Assembly (NCBI GenBank): GCA_052279835.1
Contig: CP181291.1
Coordinates: 224,001-288,000, forward strand
Direction: 5' to 3'
Source: Microcoleus sp.
GTDB lineage: Bacteria > Cyanobacteriota > Cyanobacteriia > Cyanobacteriales > Microcoleaceae
DNA: 64,000 nt
The translations under genes and the position numbers were made by a program. The notes below the pieces were generated by a model. It had not been told where the DNA came from, made no database searches, and worked only from the letters and a program-made list of their open reading frames with translations. Below are positions 28,493-37,678 of this stretch, one piece after another. Position 1 is the first letter of the stretch, and every line of letters starts with the position of its first letter.

Positions 28493-31456
28493 CTATGGTT
28501 TGTTTAGTTGTTGCCATGCTACTCCCATTATAATAATAGCGCCAATCAAACTAATGCTAAATATTATCGTTATACCAATAATCATCAATTTTGCTTTTTG
28601 CTCTGCCATTGCTAACAACTTTTCTGATTCATCTACCAGTTTTTCTGATTTATCTCGCAGTTCTTCTGACCACTTTTGTTCTTGTTGCATTGCGTTTTCT
28701 AATTTATCTCGCCGTTCTTGTGACAAATTTCGTGCTTGTTGTCTTGCATCTATCGATCTCTTCATTTTAGCTAGATCCTGATTAATTTCGTGTAACTTTA
28801 GTAATGGCACACTTTTTCGATTGCGGATAAAAGGCACTAAATAATCATGGACAAGTTGATAGCGTTTCGGAGTTGCTGGGACTTCTAACACCAATCCCGA
28901 TTTAACCACAATCTCGATAACCAAATCTAATGTTTCTAACTCGCTGCCTGAATCTGCTGCTAATTCAGCCCAAGTTTTCTGAGGACGAGTGTTGTTTTCA
29001 TCCGTCAGCAAATACAAAACAAGTTCGGCAATATCTTTATTTTCCCTGCCGCAATCTCTGATAACTTCATCTAAAAACTCTTTAACCAGTTTGACCTTAG
29101 CCTGACTACCAAGTTGCTGATATTCAGTAAGTCGAGTAATGTGCTGTTTTTCCAGTTGCATCCCCACTATTTGCAACTCGATCGGCCGCACTTCGCCGAG
29201 TGTACCTGCCAAATCTGCTATCATTGCATCTACCAAATCCTCGTCCCAGTAGAATTGAGAACCTTTGGTTAATGTTTGAACAACAGTTGTCGCATCGGAA
29301 ATTGAAAAATTACCCAAGTAATAGCAGATTATTTTAGTTAGAATGTCGTTATCAATAATTGATAAATTGGTGGCGCGATTGAACTCTAACAAGTAAAAAA
29401 GATAATCTTCCCGCAGCGACAGGATAATTTTGAGGTCGCTAATCTGATTTAAACATTCAGCCAGGAAATCATATAACTCTCGCCTACCAATTCTATCTTG
29501 ATAAGCAAAGAAAAATTCCTCAAATTGGTCAAAGATTAATACAGTTAATAAATTACGGTCTTGATTCAGTCGCAACTGTTCTAAAATAGCTGTCGGAGTG
29601 TCGATCGCCCCTGACAAACTCACACCTTTTAATTGTTCAATTCCTGCTTTCAAACACTGACCGCAATCCCTCGCCCAATCATGATAAGATTGCAATAAAA
29701 CAGGCAATATGTCCCGCGCTTCCAAAGTTGTCAGTTGCAGTGCAGGAACTAACCATGCCTGAATTATCGAACTTTTTCCTACCCCAGATTGTCCGTAAAC
29801 GATCGTCAGCCTCCCACCAGGCGTACGTATCCGTTTACTGATCTCTTTAATATCGCGAGATCGCCCAGAAGCGGCTTCAATTTCCTCAATAATTTCAGCT
29901 TTCGACTTACCGGATGCTAAACCGATGTCAATGATTTGTTGCGGCGACTGCAAGCGACTAGCACCGATAAAAGCTTGCAATCCATATTTGCTTTTAACTT
30001 GTTGTTGTTCTAGTTTGATATGAAATGCTTTTAAATATTTGCCTTGTTCAAAATAGAGAGTTCTCAACTCTTCTAAAATTCTCAGATAAAGCTGCACATC
30101 ATCTTGAGGCTGTGTAATTTCTTTAGCTGCTTGTAAGTTGTTAACTGCCTCCGACTGTTGACTGAGGTTTCGCTGCGCTTTTGCCAAAAGTAACAGATAC
30201 AAACCAGTTTCTTGTTGGCAAAGCTTACGCACTCCTACCAAAGAAACCGGGTTTTTTACCGAATCTGGCGACAACAACGAAGTATTTTTGTTAAAAAACC
30301 CAGTTTCTGAGTCCCCATGCGTAAGTCCTAGTTGGGATACTCCTGGTTGTGATAAAATAGCCAATGCTAATTCAGCTAATTCGCCAGCTTTTTCCCACTG
30401 AGATTTTTGCAGCGCTACCTCAGCCAAAAAGCCATAATCTTGAGCGACTTGACTCGGAGTGCCACAAATTTCATGAATTTTCAAGGCTTTTTCAGCTAAA
30501 TTTTGCAACTCTTCCCAAGCTTGTAAAAGTCGCAGGACTTCGCCGAGCTCGCTAATACATTTAGCTGCTAAGTCGTTTCGTTGTGCTTGCTCAAAAATAT
30601 CCAGAGATTGCTGTAAATAATTTCTAGCTTCTTGCCAATAATCTTGTTTTCCTGCCCGCTGCAATTCAGCTTTGCGGTTGTAAGCTTCAGCAATCTTCTG
30701 GCCGACAATTCCCTGTCTTTCTAACTGGTGATTTTGCTGCCAAAATGCTAAACTTTGCTGATAATGTGCGATCGCTAAATCTATTTTATTTTTGTGAGAT
30801 TGCACTAAACCTCGAATAAATTGCCAACTAGCTTGCAATTCCGGGTCTAATGTTTCTCTTAAATTTTTTAGGTCATTCTCCAGCGACTCAATTTCACATT
30901 CCTCTAATTTAAAATTCTCAACATTAGCAAAAGCTTGGTCTGCTTGTTGCTGCAAAAAAATCATCAAATCATCGGGTGGTATAGTAAACTGAATTGGAGA
31001 AGGAGCCCAAGACTTTAAATCAGTTGCCGATCGACTAAATTTAGCTAGTACAGCATCCGTCACCCATAATATCACAGGAAAAGCAAAATCTTGCTTGAAT
31101 TGGTCACGCGCTCGATTAGCCCCAGCTAGCAGGTCATCAAGAGCAACCACCGATTCGATACCGACAATTATTAAAGCTTTCGGCGGTTGCTCTTGGACGG
31201 CATCGAGAATAGTTTGATGAAGTATTTTGGTAGCAGGTGTTAGGACTAATTCTTGATATGCAACAGTTGAGCGATCCTCTACGAGGGCTGCGCTAACGCG
31301 CAATTTTTGCAGCATAGCATAACGCAAGCTAGCATAATTGCAGCAGGCTAAAGTCAAAGAAAATTTTCCTTGAAAGCGGGCGATGGTCCGTAGTAATGTA
31401 GAGAGCGATCGCTCGTTTTCTGATGCAATATCTTCGGCGCGATTTGAGTTTACCAT
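28493..31456 (-). CDS. Degenerate-NTPase-like N-domain + TPR + nSTAND1-type ATPase + coiled coil + C-terminal TM
   Basis: TPR helices (AIAHYQQSL, ARNYLQQSL, LAEKAL), Walker A GQSGVGKSS, Walker B LIFDQFEE, SLREDYL, PIELQIVG, YQLVHDYLV, hydrophobic C-terminus. Confidence 0.85.
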   Translation of the reverse strand: MVNSNRAEDIASENERSLSTLLRTIARFQGKFSLTLACCNYASLRYAMLQKLRVSAALVEDRSTVAYQELVLTPATKILHQTILDAVQEQPPKALIIVGIESVVALDDLLAGANRARDQFKQDFAFPVILWVTDAVLAKFSRSATDLKSWAPSPIQFTIPPDDLMIFLQQQADQAFANVENFKLEECEIESLENDLKNLRETLDPELQASWQFIRGLVQSHKNKIDLAIAHYQQSLAFWQQNHQLERQGIVGQKIAEAYNRKAELQRAGKQDYWQEARNYLQQSLDIFEQAQRNDLAAKCISELGEVLRLLQAWEELQNLAEKALKIHEICGTPSQVAQDYGFLAEVALQKSQWEKAGELAELALAILSQPGVSQLGLTHGDSETGFFNKNTSLLSPDSVKNPVSLVGVRKLCQQETGLYLLLLAKAQRNLSQQSEAVNNLQAAKEITQPQDDVQLYLRILEELRTLYFEQGKYLKAFHIKLEQQQVKSKYGLQAFIGASRLQSPQQIIDIGLASGKSKAEIIEEIEAASGRSRDIKEISKRIRTPGGRLTIVYGQSGVGKSSIIQAWLVPALQLTTLEARDILPVLLQSYHDWARDCGQCLKAGIEQLKGVSLSGAIDTPTAILEQLRLNQDRNLLTVLIFDQFEEFFFAYQDRIGRRELYDFLAECLNQISDLKIILSLREDYLFYLLEFNRATNLSIIDNDILTKIICYYLGNFSISDATTVVQTLTKGSQFYWDEDLVDAMIADLAGTLGEVRPIELQIVGMQLEKQHITRLTEYQQLGSQAKVKLVKEFLDEVIRDCGRENKDIAELVLYLLTDENNTRPQKTWAELAADSGSELETLDLVIEIVVKSGLVLEVPATPKRYQLVHDYLVPFIRNRKSVPLLKLHEINQDLAKMKRSIDARQQARNLSQERRDKLENAMQQEQKWSEELRDKSEKLVDESEKLLAMAEQKAKLMIIGITIIFSISLIGAIIIMGVAWQQLNKP
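30219..30330. mobile_element. MITE (family B) inserted in frame in the TPR-nSTAND gene
   Basis: Termini CTTACGCA / TGCGTAAG(TCCTA), internal AGAAACCGGGTTTTT..AAAAAACCCAGTTTCT inverted repeat, GTTGG on both flanks; 112+5 = 117 bp = 39 codons. Confidence 0.75.
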
Positions 31457-31496
31457 AATATTAGAAAGAAAGGGGATATTTAAGGGGTATTTGGTA

Positions 31497-31769
31497 TGAG
31501 ATCCCCCCTAGCCCCCCTTAAGAAGGGGGGGACTGGAAGCTGTCAAAGTCCCCCTTCTTTCCCCCCTTCTTTCCCCTCTTCTTTCCCCTCTTCTTTCCCC
31601 TCTTCTTTCCCCCCTTGGGGGGGGTAGGGGGGGTAGGGGGATGCGAGGGGGATCGGGACTCGGAAATAACAGAGGAATCTCATGCAGTCAAAGTCCCCCT
31701 TCTTCTTCTTTCCCCCCTTGGGGGGGGTAGGGGGGGGTAGGGGGATGCGAGGGCGATCGAGACTAGGGA
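31497..31769. repeat. C/G-run compound repeat: CCCCCCTTAAGAAGGGGGG palindrome plus two GTCAAAGTCCCCCTTCTT..GGGGATGCGAGGG units with internal 12-mers
   Basis: Units begin at 31542 and 31687; TTCTTTCCCCTC tandem copies in the first unit. Confidence 0.85.
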
Positions 31770-31788
31770 AAAATCGAATGAAAATCAT

Positions 31789-32523
31789 CTAATTTTGCTC
31801 CTGCCACAGCTTAAATTTCTGAGTTTCCATCAATAGCGGATTCAACGCAAACCAAATTCTTTCATTATCTACATACTCAAAAACCCACAGGTTTCGCAGC
31901 AAATCTTGGTATTCTTTGTCTCCTTTAATGGTTTGTTCTTTCACCACTTTAAAAAGTAATTCCCACTCATCATTATCAATGCCGCGACTGAGAGTATCAC
32001 GGCCACTGCGAATCACTGATTTCAAAACATCTTGGGAAATGGGAGGGTCATCTTGCTGCAAGCAACCAAACAACATCCCCATCAAGTTTCGCAAATGACC
32101 GCCGCTGACTCGGCACAATTCATCTAAAGTTTCAGGACTGTCAAAAACTTCCGTAATTAATGTCATATGTTCCTCGGTTGACACATCAGGAAAAGCCCGC
32201 GACATCACCATCCGCCGCAGCAAATTCATCCCCTCAACACATTCGCTGCCGTCTCTATTCTTGACTGGGACCATCGGCAAAACTTTCGGGTCAACTCCGC
32301 CTCCCAATCGATTTTTCAAAATTTCACTTTCATTCCCAAAAATCAATCCCAGCGGCAGGGTATAAACTAAATGGCAATTGAGTTTGCGCAAGTCATCTCC
32401 CCGGTTAATAAAGATATATTCTGGTAGCAGTATCCCCGCTGCATTGGGTCGAGAAACTATCCGGTCTAAGTTGTCAACAATCACCACCAATCCTTTTTTA
32501 CCCTGCTGCTTAAGCTGATTAGA
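31789..32523 (-). pseudogene. 5'-truncated P-loop ATPase (C-terminal part only)
   Basis: Frame opens at 32523 with NQLKQQGKKGLVVIVDNLDR (Walker B-like), then CHLVYTLP, LPMVPV, SGGHLR; no Walker A and no ATG start. Confidence 0.75.
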
Positions 32524-32540
32524 TCAATAACTAATGACTC

Positions 32541-32632
32541 TCACTTTTGTTTCCAATATTTGTAAGCAGCACTGGCCAAGGTGACAACTCCGCCGAGGGA
32601 TGGTTCTGGTAAAATTTGGAAGCCGATCGCCC
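32541..32632 (-). repeat. Internally deleted direct-repeat copy of the amidohydrolase 3' end
   Basis: About 32548-32588 matches 34094-34134, and 32591-32619 matches 34269-34297; the copy reads QILPEPSLG/GVVTLASAAYKYWKQK-stop. Confidence 0.9.
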
Positions 32633-32662
32633 TTCCTCTTCCCATTTTCATAAAATAAGTGC

Positions 32663-33067
32663 TTACTGATAAAGATTGTGATTTGGATCTAACCAAACAA
32701 TATAAAACACATCTTCAATAAAAAAACCATGCACTCGACCGTGTTCGTTCGTTGAAAGAGAAAACTGATAAGGAATTGTTACCAATTCTTTTTCATTGGG
32801 GATACCAAACCCATTCGGTTCTGTTGTTTCTCGCCACTTAATCGGATGACAGCGAAGAGATTGACTGCGATTCATCTTTATCTCTTGTGCCGTTAATGTC
32901 GATAAATCGCGCAATCTTTCCAGAAAAGCAGTAAAATAATTTGGAGGGCGATCGCGAATTGAGAATTTTTCATTCTGAGTTTGCAGGTACTTGAACGAAA
33001 ATCCCAGACTTTCCGGCGGTTTCCCTTGAGAAGGGACAATTTTAGACTGAGGTTTCTTCTTTGACAC
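32663..33067 (-). CDS. Putative toxin partner of the Panacea antitoxin (possibly RelE-like fold)
   Basis: GTG start overlapping the antitoxin 3' end by 26 bp; FSFKYL, RCHPI.W, GRVHGF...VFYIVWLDPNHNLY. Confidence 0.7.
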   Translation of the reverse strand: MSKKKPQSKIVPSQGKPPESLGFSFKYLQTQNEKFSIRDRPPNYFTAFLERLRDLSTLTAQEIKMNRSQSLRCHPIKWRETTEPNGFGIPNEKELVTIPYQFSLSTNEHGRVHGFFIEDVFYIVWLDPNHNLYQ

Positions 33068-33683
33068 AAGCCGAATAATATTGTTTCATCGATTCTTGAG
33101 AAATAATGGTATGACAAGATTCGTCTCTGGGTAAATTCCCTCTCGCTTCTAGCCAAGGCATTTCACCGCAAATCATTCGTTCCAAAGTTTCATCATCATA
33201 CTCAAAATAGGCATCTACAACCTGTTCCATAAATTCTCCGATTTCTTCAGAAAGTTTCGGTTCTTCGATTTTTTTTGCAATTGGTTCCCAGCTAAATTGG
33301 CTTTGATACTCCTCTAGTAAATCAGGAATCACCGGACCGTGAATCCACGCTTGAAAATCCGCATTAAAGAGTGGCGTGCCATAAATTGCTAAATGCCAAG
33401 CTTGAGCGTAGTACATTAGTTTTTGTAGCTTGTAAGCATTTATTTCTACATCAGATTGCGAGGCTAACCCAATGAAATAATTGGCAATTTCGCGATCGCT
33501 CAGTGTTTCCGAATTGGTTGAAACAGCAACAACTTTCAGTTCACCCTGAGCTATCTGTTCCAATAGTTCAGAAGCAGACAAGTTGAATTGTTTAGCAATT
33601 TGCTCGACTTTTTGCCAGACTGGATAATTTACAGTTACTTGATATTCTGTTTTGATTGAAGGAGCTTGGGTCATGGCTAGCAT
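33042..33683 (-). CDS. Panacea-domain (DUF4065/SocA-like) antitoxin with N-terminal RHH-like extension
   Basis: IANYFI, KLQKLMYYAQAWHLA..PLF..FQAW.HGPV.P.L, E.PW..AR, I....MK.YY. Confidence 0.9.
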   Translation of the reverse strand: MLAMTQAPSIKTEYQVTVNYPVWQKVEQIAKQFNLSASELLEQIAQGELKVVAVSTNSETLSDREIANYFIGLASQSDVEINAYKLQKLMYYAQAWHLAIYGTPLFNADFQAWIHGPVIPDLLEEYQSQFSWEPIAKKIEEPKLSEEIGEFMEQVVDAYFEYDDETLERMICGEMPWLEARGNLPRDESCHTIISQESMKQYYSACVKEETSV

Positions 33684-33949
33684 TTCTTAGCGGTGACTTA
33701 AATAATTATAGCAGATAGTGTTACAATATTCGTAATAAAAGTTATATTATAAAGCTCTTCATTACTTGTTCTGCTTAACTTGTAATTGAGTAAGTAAATC
33801 CACTTAATTAAACGTAAAATACGGATGACCGAAAAGCTGACTGTATAAGTCTTCTTCCTTCTTCCTGAATTTCCCCCCTTGGGGGGGAGCAGGGGGAGGT
33901 GACTTCTTCCTTCTACTTATCATAACTTGGCTGTACAATCAAGGTTTTA

Positions 33950-34069
33950 GTGCATCCCAATTTGGGAGGGACTCTCGCATTCCGGCAGTAAGTCTCTGCT
34001 TATAACTAATAAGTTATCTACGGTCATGCTTGGCCCCTAGGGATATATTTGCAAAAATGGGATTCTCCC
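33950..34069. mobile_element. MITE-like element (family A), degenerate copy
   Basis: GTGCATCCCA...CGGTCATGCTTGGCCCCTAGGGATATATTTGCAAAAATGGGATTCTCCC shares its core with the 3719 and 37315 copies. Confidence 0.6.
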
Positions 34070-34077
34070 AAACCATA

Positions 34078-35265
34078 TCACTTACTTGCTTGCTGTTTCC
34101 AATATTTGTAAGCAGCACTGGCCAAGGTGACAACCCCAGTAATTATGGCCGCTTCATCCACCTCAAATTGCGGATGATGGAGAGGATAATTTGGTCGAGC
34201 TTTTAATCCAACTCCCAGGCGAAACATGGTTCCCGGTGCGTGTTCTAGATACATCGAAAAATCTTCGGCGCCGAGGGATGGTTCTGGTAAAATTTGGACG
34301 CGCGATCGCCCTAAAGTTTCTAAAGCCGCTGCTTCGAGTAATTGGGTGAGACAGGGATCGTTTTGCACTCCCGGTACACCACGTTTATAGTTGAGTTCAT
34401 ATTTTGCGCCGTAAGTTTGACAGACACCGGCCACAATTTGTTCGATCCAAGCTGGTAGTTTTTCGTAGGTTTCAGGATGGAGCGATCGCACGGTGCCTAA
34501 TAATTTTACGCGATCGGCAATCACGTTAGGCGCTCGTCCCCCACTAATTTGCCCGATGGTTAAAACCACAGGCCTCAATGGATTTTGCATTCTACTAATC
34601 GCCTGCTGCAAAGTAGTAATAATCTGCGAAGCTATCCAAATTGCATCGATCGCCTCGTGGGGACGCGCGCCGTGGCCGGATTCACCCATGACAATCAATT
34701 CTAGGTCATCCGCCGCCGCCGTCAGTGCCCCGTGGCGAATTCCCACACAACCGCCGGGAATCGTCGGAAAAACGTGCACTCCCAGGATGCCCTCCACATC
34801 TTGCATCGCCCCATCTGCAATCATCCAACGCGCGCCTTGGGCTATCTCCTCCGCCGGCTGAAACAAAAACCGAACGTGACCCGGTAATTTTTCTTCCAAC
34901 TGAGACAATACCATCGCTGCGCCCAAACCGACGGTGGTGTGGATGTCGTGGCCGCAAGCGTGCATGACTCCTGGGTTTTTCGAGGCAAATTCCAGGTTTG
35001 TGCGTTCTTGCATCGGTAAAGCGTCCATATCGGTACGAATTGCTAGCCAGCGCGACTGGTTGCTATGGCCTTTGATCTCGCCGATGACACCAGTTTTGCC
35101 AATTCCTTCGATCGCATGAACTCCACTGGAAGCCAAAACACCAGCTACATAGGCCGCTGTTTGATATTCTTGGCCGCTGAGTTCGGGGTGCGAGTGGATG
35201 TGGCGGCGGATTTCGATTAAGCGAGGTGCAAGGGTAGTAGCTAATTCAAGAATGCGGGCAAGCAT
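34078..35265 (-). CDS. M20 family amidohydrolase
   Basis: RRHIH.HPELS.QE, RTDMDALP, MHACGHD.H, FQPAEE, GHGARPH, GAEDF, LHHPQF. Confidence 0.93.
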   Translation of the reverse strand: MLARILELATTLAPRLIEIRRHIHSHPELSGQEYQTAAYVAGVLASSGVHAIEGIGKTGVIGEIKGHSNQSRWLAIRTDMDALPMQERTNLEFASKNPGVMHACGHDIHTTVGLGAAMVLSQLEEKLPGHVRFLFQPAEEIAQGARWMIADGAMQDVEGILGVHVFPTIPGGCVGIRHGALTAAADDLELIVMGESGHGARPHEAIDAIWIASQIITTLQQAISRMQNPLRPVVLTIGQISGGRAPNVIADRVKLLGTVRSLHPETYEKLPAWIEQIVAGVCQTYGAKYELNYKRGVPGVQNDPCLTQLLEAAALETLGRSRVQILPEPSLGAEDFSMYLEHAPGTMFRLGVGLKARPNYPLHHPQFEVDEAAIITGVVTLASAAYKYWKQQASK

Positions 35266-35341
35266 GAATTTATTTGGGGATGGCGGTACAAACGATTTTC
35301 AATTAGGTTAACGCAAATGTCCCACGAACAGGCAACCGGGC

Positions 35342-35941
35342 TTAAGTTGCGATGTTGATATATCCGGGCTGACTTTTGATGCGATCGATCCAAGATTCAA
35401 TTGCTGGAAATCGTGTTAAATCAAATCCTCCCTCCGCAGCAACGTGAGTATAAGCAAATAAACCGATGTCAGCAATGGTATAGCGATCGGCTACAAAAAA
35501 GTCATTTGTTTCTAAATGCCGTTCCATCACTCCCAAAGCAGCATAACCCGGTGCTTGTTTTTGCTTAAGTGCTTCCTGGAATTCCTCACTTTTACCAGTC
35601 AAATACCAAAAACGAGAAGTTGCAATAAAAGGTTCGTGGCTATATTGTTCAAAAAACAACCACTGCATGACTTGAGATCTTTCAAATTTATCATTGGGAA
35701 AAAACTCAGTCCCTTCGCTCAAATAAAACATAATTGCATTGGATTCAAATAGAAATTTGCCCGGTTCTATTTCTAACACCGGAATCCGCCCGTTGGGATT
35801 TTTATGCAAAAAATCTTTAGTTCGACTTTCTCCTTTGAGAATGTCAATTTCCAGCGTGGCAAAGGGAATATTAAGCTGATTTAACAGCAAGCGGATTTTG
35901 TAGCAATTCCCCGACATCGAATATTGATAAAGTTTAAACAT
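35342..35941 (-). CDS. Glutathione S-transferase family protein
   Basis: SGNCYKIRL, NPNGRIPVL, ESNAI..YL, QWLFFEQYSHEP, YTIADI. Confidence 0.93.
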   Translation of the reverse strand: MFKLYQYSMSGNCYKIRLLLNQLNIPFATLEIDILKGESRTKDFLHKNPNGRIPVLEIEPGKFLFESNAIMFYLSEGTEFFPNDKFERSQVMQWLFFEQYSHEPFIATSRFWYLTGKSEEFQEALKQKQAPGYAALGVMERHLETNDFFVADRYTIADIGLFAYTHVAAEGGFDLTRFPAIESWIDRIKSQPGYINIAT

Positions 35942-36117
35942 TCTTTTTTTTATACCGCAGAGGACACAGAGAACACAGAGTTAATGTTCACAATTTATCA
36001 TTGTAGCATTATTCTGTTGTGCCTAGGGTAGCTATGGGTAAACAAGTATCAATTAAGCTGGCATCTGACTCTCACTTAACAGTTATTCTGCAATTTTATT
36101 ATAAAAATAAAAAATAT

Positions 36118-36147
36118 TTGACATTTTGTCATGACTAGACATAGAAT
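36118..36147 (+). promoter_or_regulatory. Sigma70-type promoter of the downstream GT gene
   Basis: TTGACA-N18-TAGAAT ending 35 bp before the ATG. Confidence 0.55.
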
Positions 36148-36182
36148 ATTGTCGTTATCAAATTTTAGAACACTCAAATCCT

Positions 36183-37286
36183 ATGAACTGGGGCAATAAC
36201 TCAATTGTAATTTATTCAAATTTTCCATTTCATGTAGAAGATTGGTCTCCCCGATCTGTGAATAAAGGTATTGGTGGCAGTGAAGAAGCGATAATTTACT
36301 TAAGTCAAGAATTTGTTAAGTTAGGCTACCAGGTTCATGTTTTTAATCGATGCGGTGAGATGGCAGGGGAATATAATGGTGTAGTCTATCAGTCAGTTGA
36401 CAAATTTAATCCCCAAGATAACTTTAATGTCTTAATCTTTCATCGCTATTGGACACAACCAATGGGAATGAAAGTTAAAGCCAGAAAAATTGCTGTGTGG
36501 ATGCACGATAACCCGCAATTATTTCCTCCCATAGAAGAGTCGCAGCGTTTAGAATTTCTGGGAAGTTTTGATAAACTTTTTATGTTGTCAAATTTTCATA
36601 AATCTCTACTGCCAGACTGGATTCCAGAAGACAAGATATTTTTAACCACCAATGGGATTAATCTTGCCGACTTCAATTTAACAGGTATTGCGAGAAATCC
36701 CAAGAGATTAATTTCGATTAGTGACTATACAAGAGGTATTGAAAATTTACTCACGCAATGGGATCGAGTTCTCCAAGAAGTGCCAGATGTTGAATTACAT
36801 ATTTTTTATGGTTGGCAAGGAATTGATGCTTTAATTAATTCACCTTATCTTGATAAGTTTCCACACTTGCCAGACAAAAAACAACAACTTTTAAAACTTT
36901 TCGCTCAGAAAAATGTCTACGAACATGGCAGAATTGGACACGAGCAGTTGGTTGAAGAATTATGCAAATCAGGCATCTGGGTTTATCCTTGTCATACTGC
37001 GACAGAAATTTTCTGTATTAGTGCTTGGAAAGCACAAGCTGCTGGTTGTGTTCCGCTAGTGACAACTTATGCGGGTTTAGATGAAACAGTGCAATCAGGT
37101 GTCAGAATTAAGGGGCCGGCGGGTGATGAAGAAACTAATAATGCTTTTATTGAAGCACTGATAGATTTGCTAAAAAATCCTGAAAAACAAGAACCTTTAA
37201 GACAGGAAGCATTAGCTCTTAAAGATTCATTTAGCTGGGCTCTAGTCGCTCAACAATGGCATCAGGAGTTTATATGCGCTCCTTAA
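36183..37286 (+). CDS. GT-B glycosyltransferase
   Basis: GIGGSEEA, WMHD, LS.FHK, NGI, W.YP...EIFCISAWKAQAAGCVP, FSW..VA..W. Confidence 0.85.
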   Translation: MNWGNNSIVIYSNFPFHVEDWSPRSVNKGIGGSEEAIIYLSQEFVKLGYQVHVFNRCGEMAGEYNGVVYQSVDKFNPQDNFNVLIFHRYWTQPMGMKVKARKIAVWMHDNPQLFPPIEESQRLEFLGSFDKLFMLSNFHKSLLPDWIPEDKIFLTTNGINLADFNLTGIARNPKRLISISDYTRGIENLLTQWDRVLQEVPDVELHIFYGWQGIDALINSPYLDKFPHLPDKKQQLLKLFAQKNVYEHGRIGHEQLVEELCKSGIWVYPCHTATEIFCISAWKAQAAGCVPLVTTYAGLDETVQSGVRIKGPAGDEETNNAFIEALIDLLKNPEKQEPLRQEALALKDSFSWALVAQQWHQEFICAP

Positions 37287-37314
37287 ATCCATTATAAACA
37301 GTCCTGGACGCAAC

Positions 37315-37539
37315 GGGAGCATCCCGATTTTGTATGGGCGAAGCATGACTGCCGACAATTTATTAGTGATACCATTTTTCTTTCATATGTGCTATGGATG
37401 AAGTCTTAGCCCCCCCTTAATAAGGGGGGGTTGGGGGGGTAATATCTAGCGCTACTTTATGAAATTGGTATGATAACTAGAGATTTACAGCGGTCATGCT
37501 TCGTCGCTACGAATATATTTGTCAAACACAGATGCACCC
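37315..37539. mobile_element. MITE-like element (family A) with a nested second MITE (37369-37471)
   Basis: Outer termini GGGAGCATC / GATGCACCC flanked by GACGCAA; inner termini ATACCATTTTTC / GAAATTGGTAT enclosing CCCCCCCTTAATAAGGGGGGG. Confidence 0.7.
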
Positions 37540-37546
37540 GACGCAA

Positions 37547-37588
37547 ATGGCACGTTTGCGATCGCGGTCTCCATCGCAAACGTGCCAT
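37547..37588. repeat. Perfect 16-bp inverted repeat
   Basis: ATGGCACGTTTGCGAT-N10-ATCGCAAACGTGCCAT. Confidence 0.85.
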
Positions 37589-37678
37589 CACCACAACCCG
37601 TCCTATACCTGTACCCATTGACAACAGTTATAATTAGAATATTTTAATTACATACCAATATCGCCGGAGGCATTTTCA

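Noticed and set aside
31543..31788. 81-aa ORF with GKEE repeats
   Set aside because: Translation of the C/G-run repeat; low complexity
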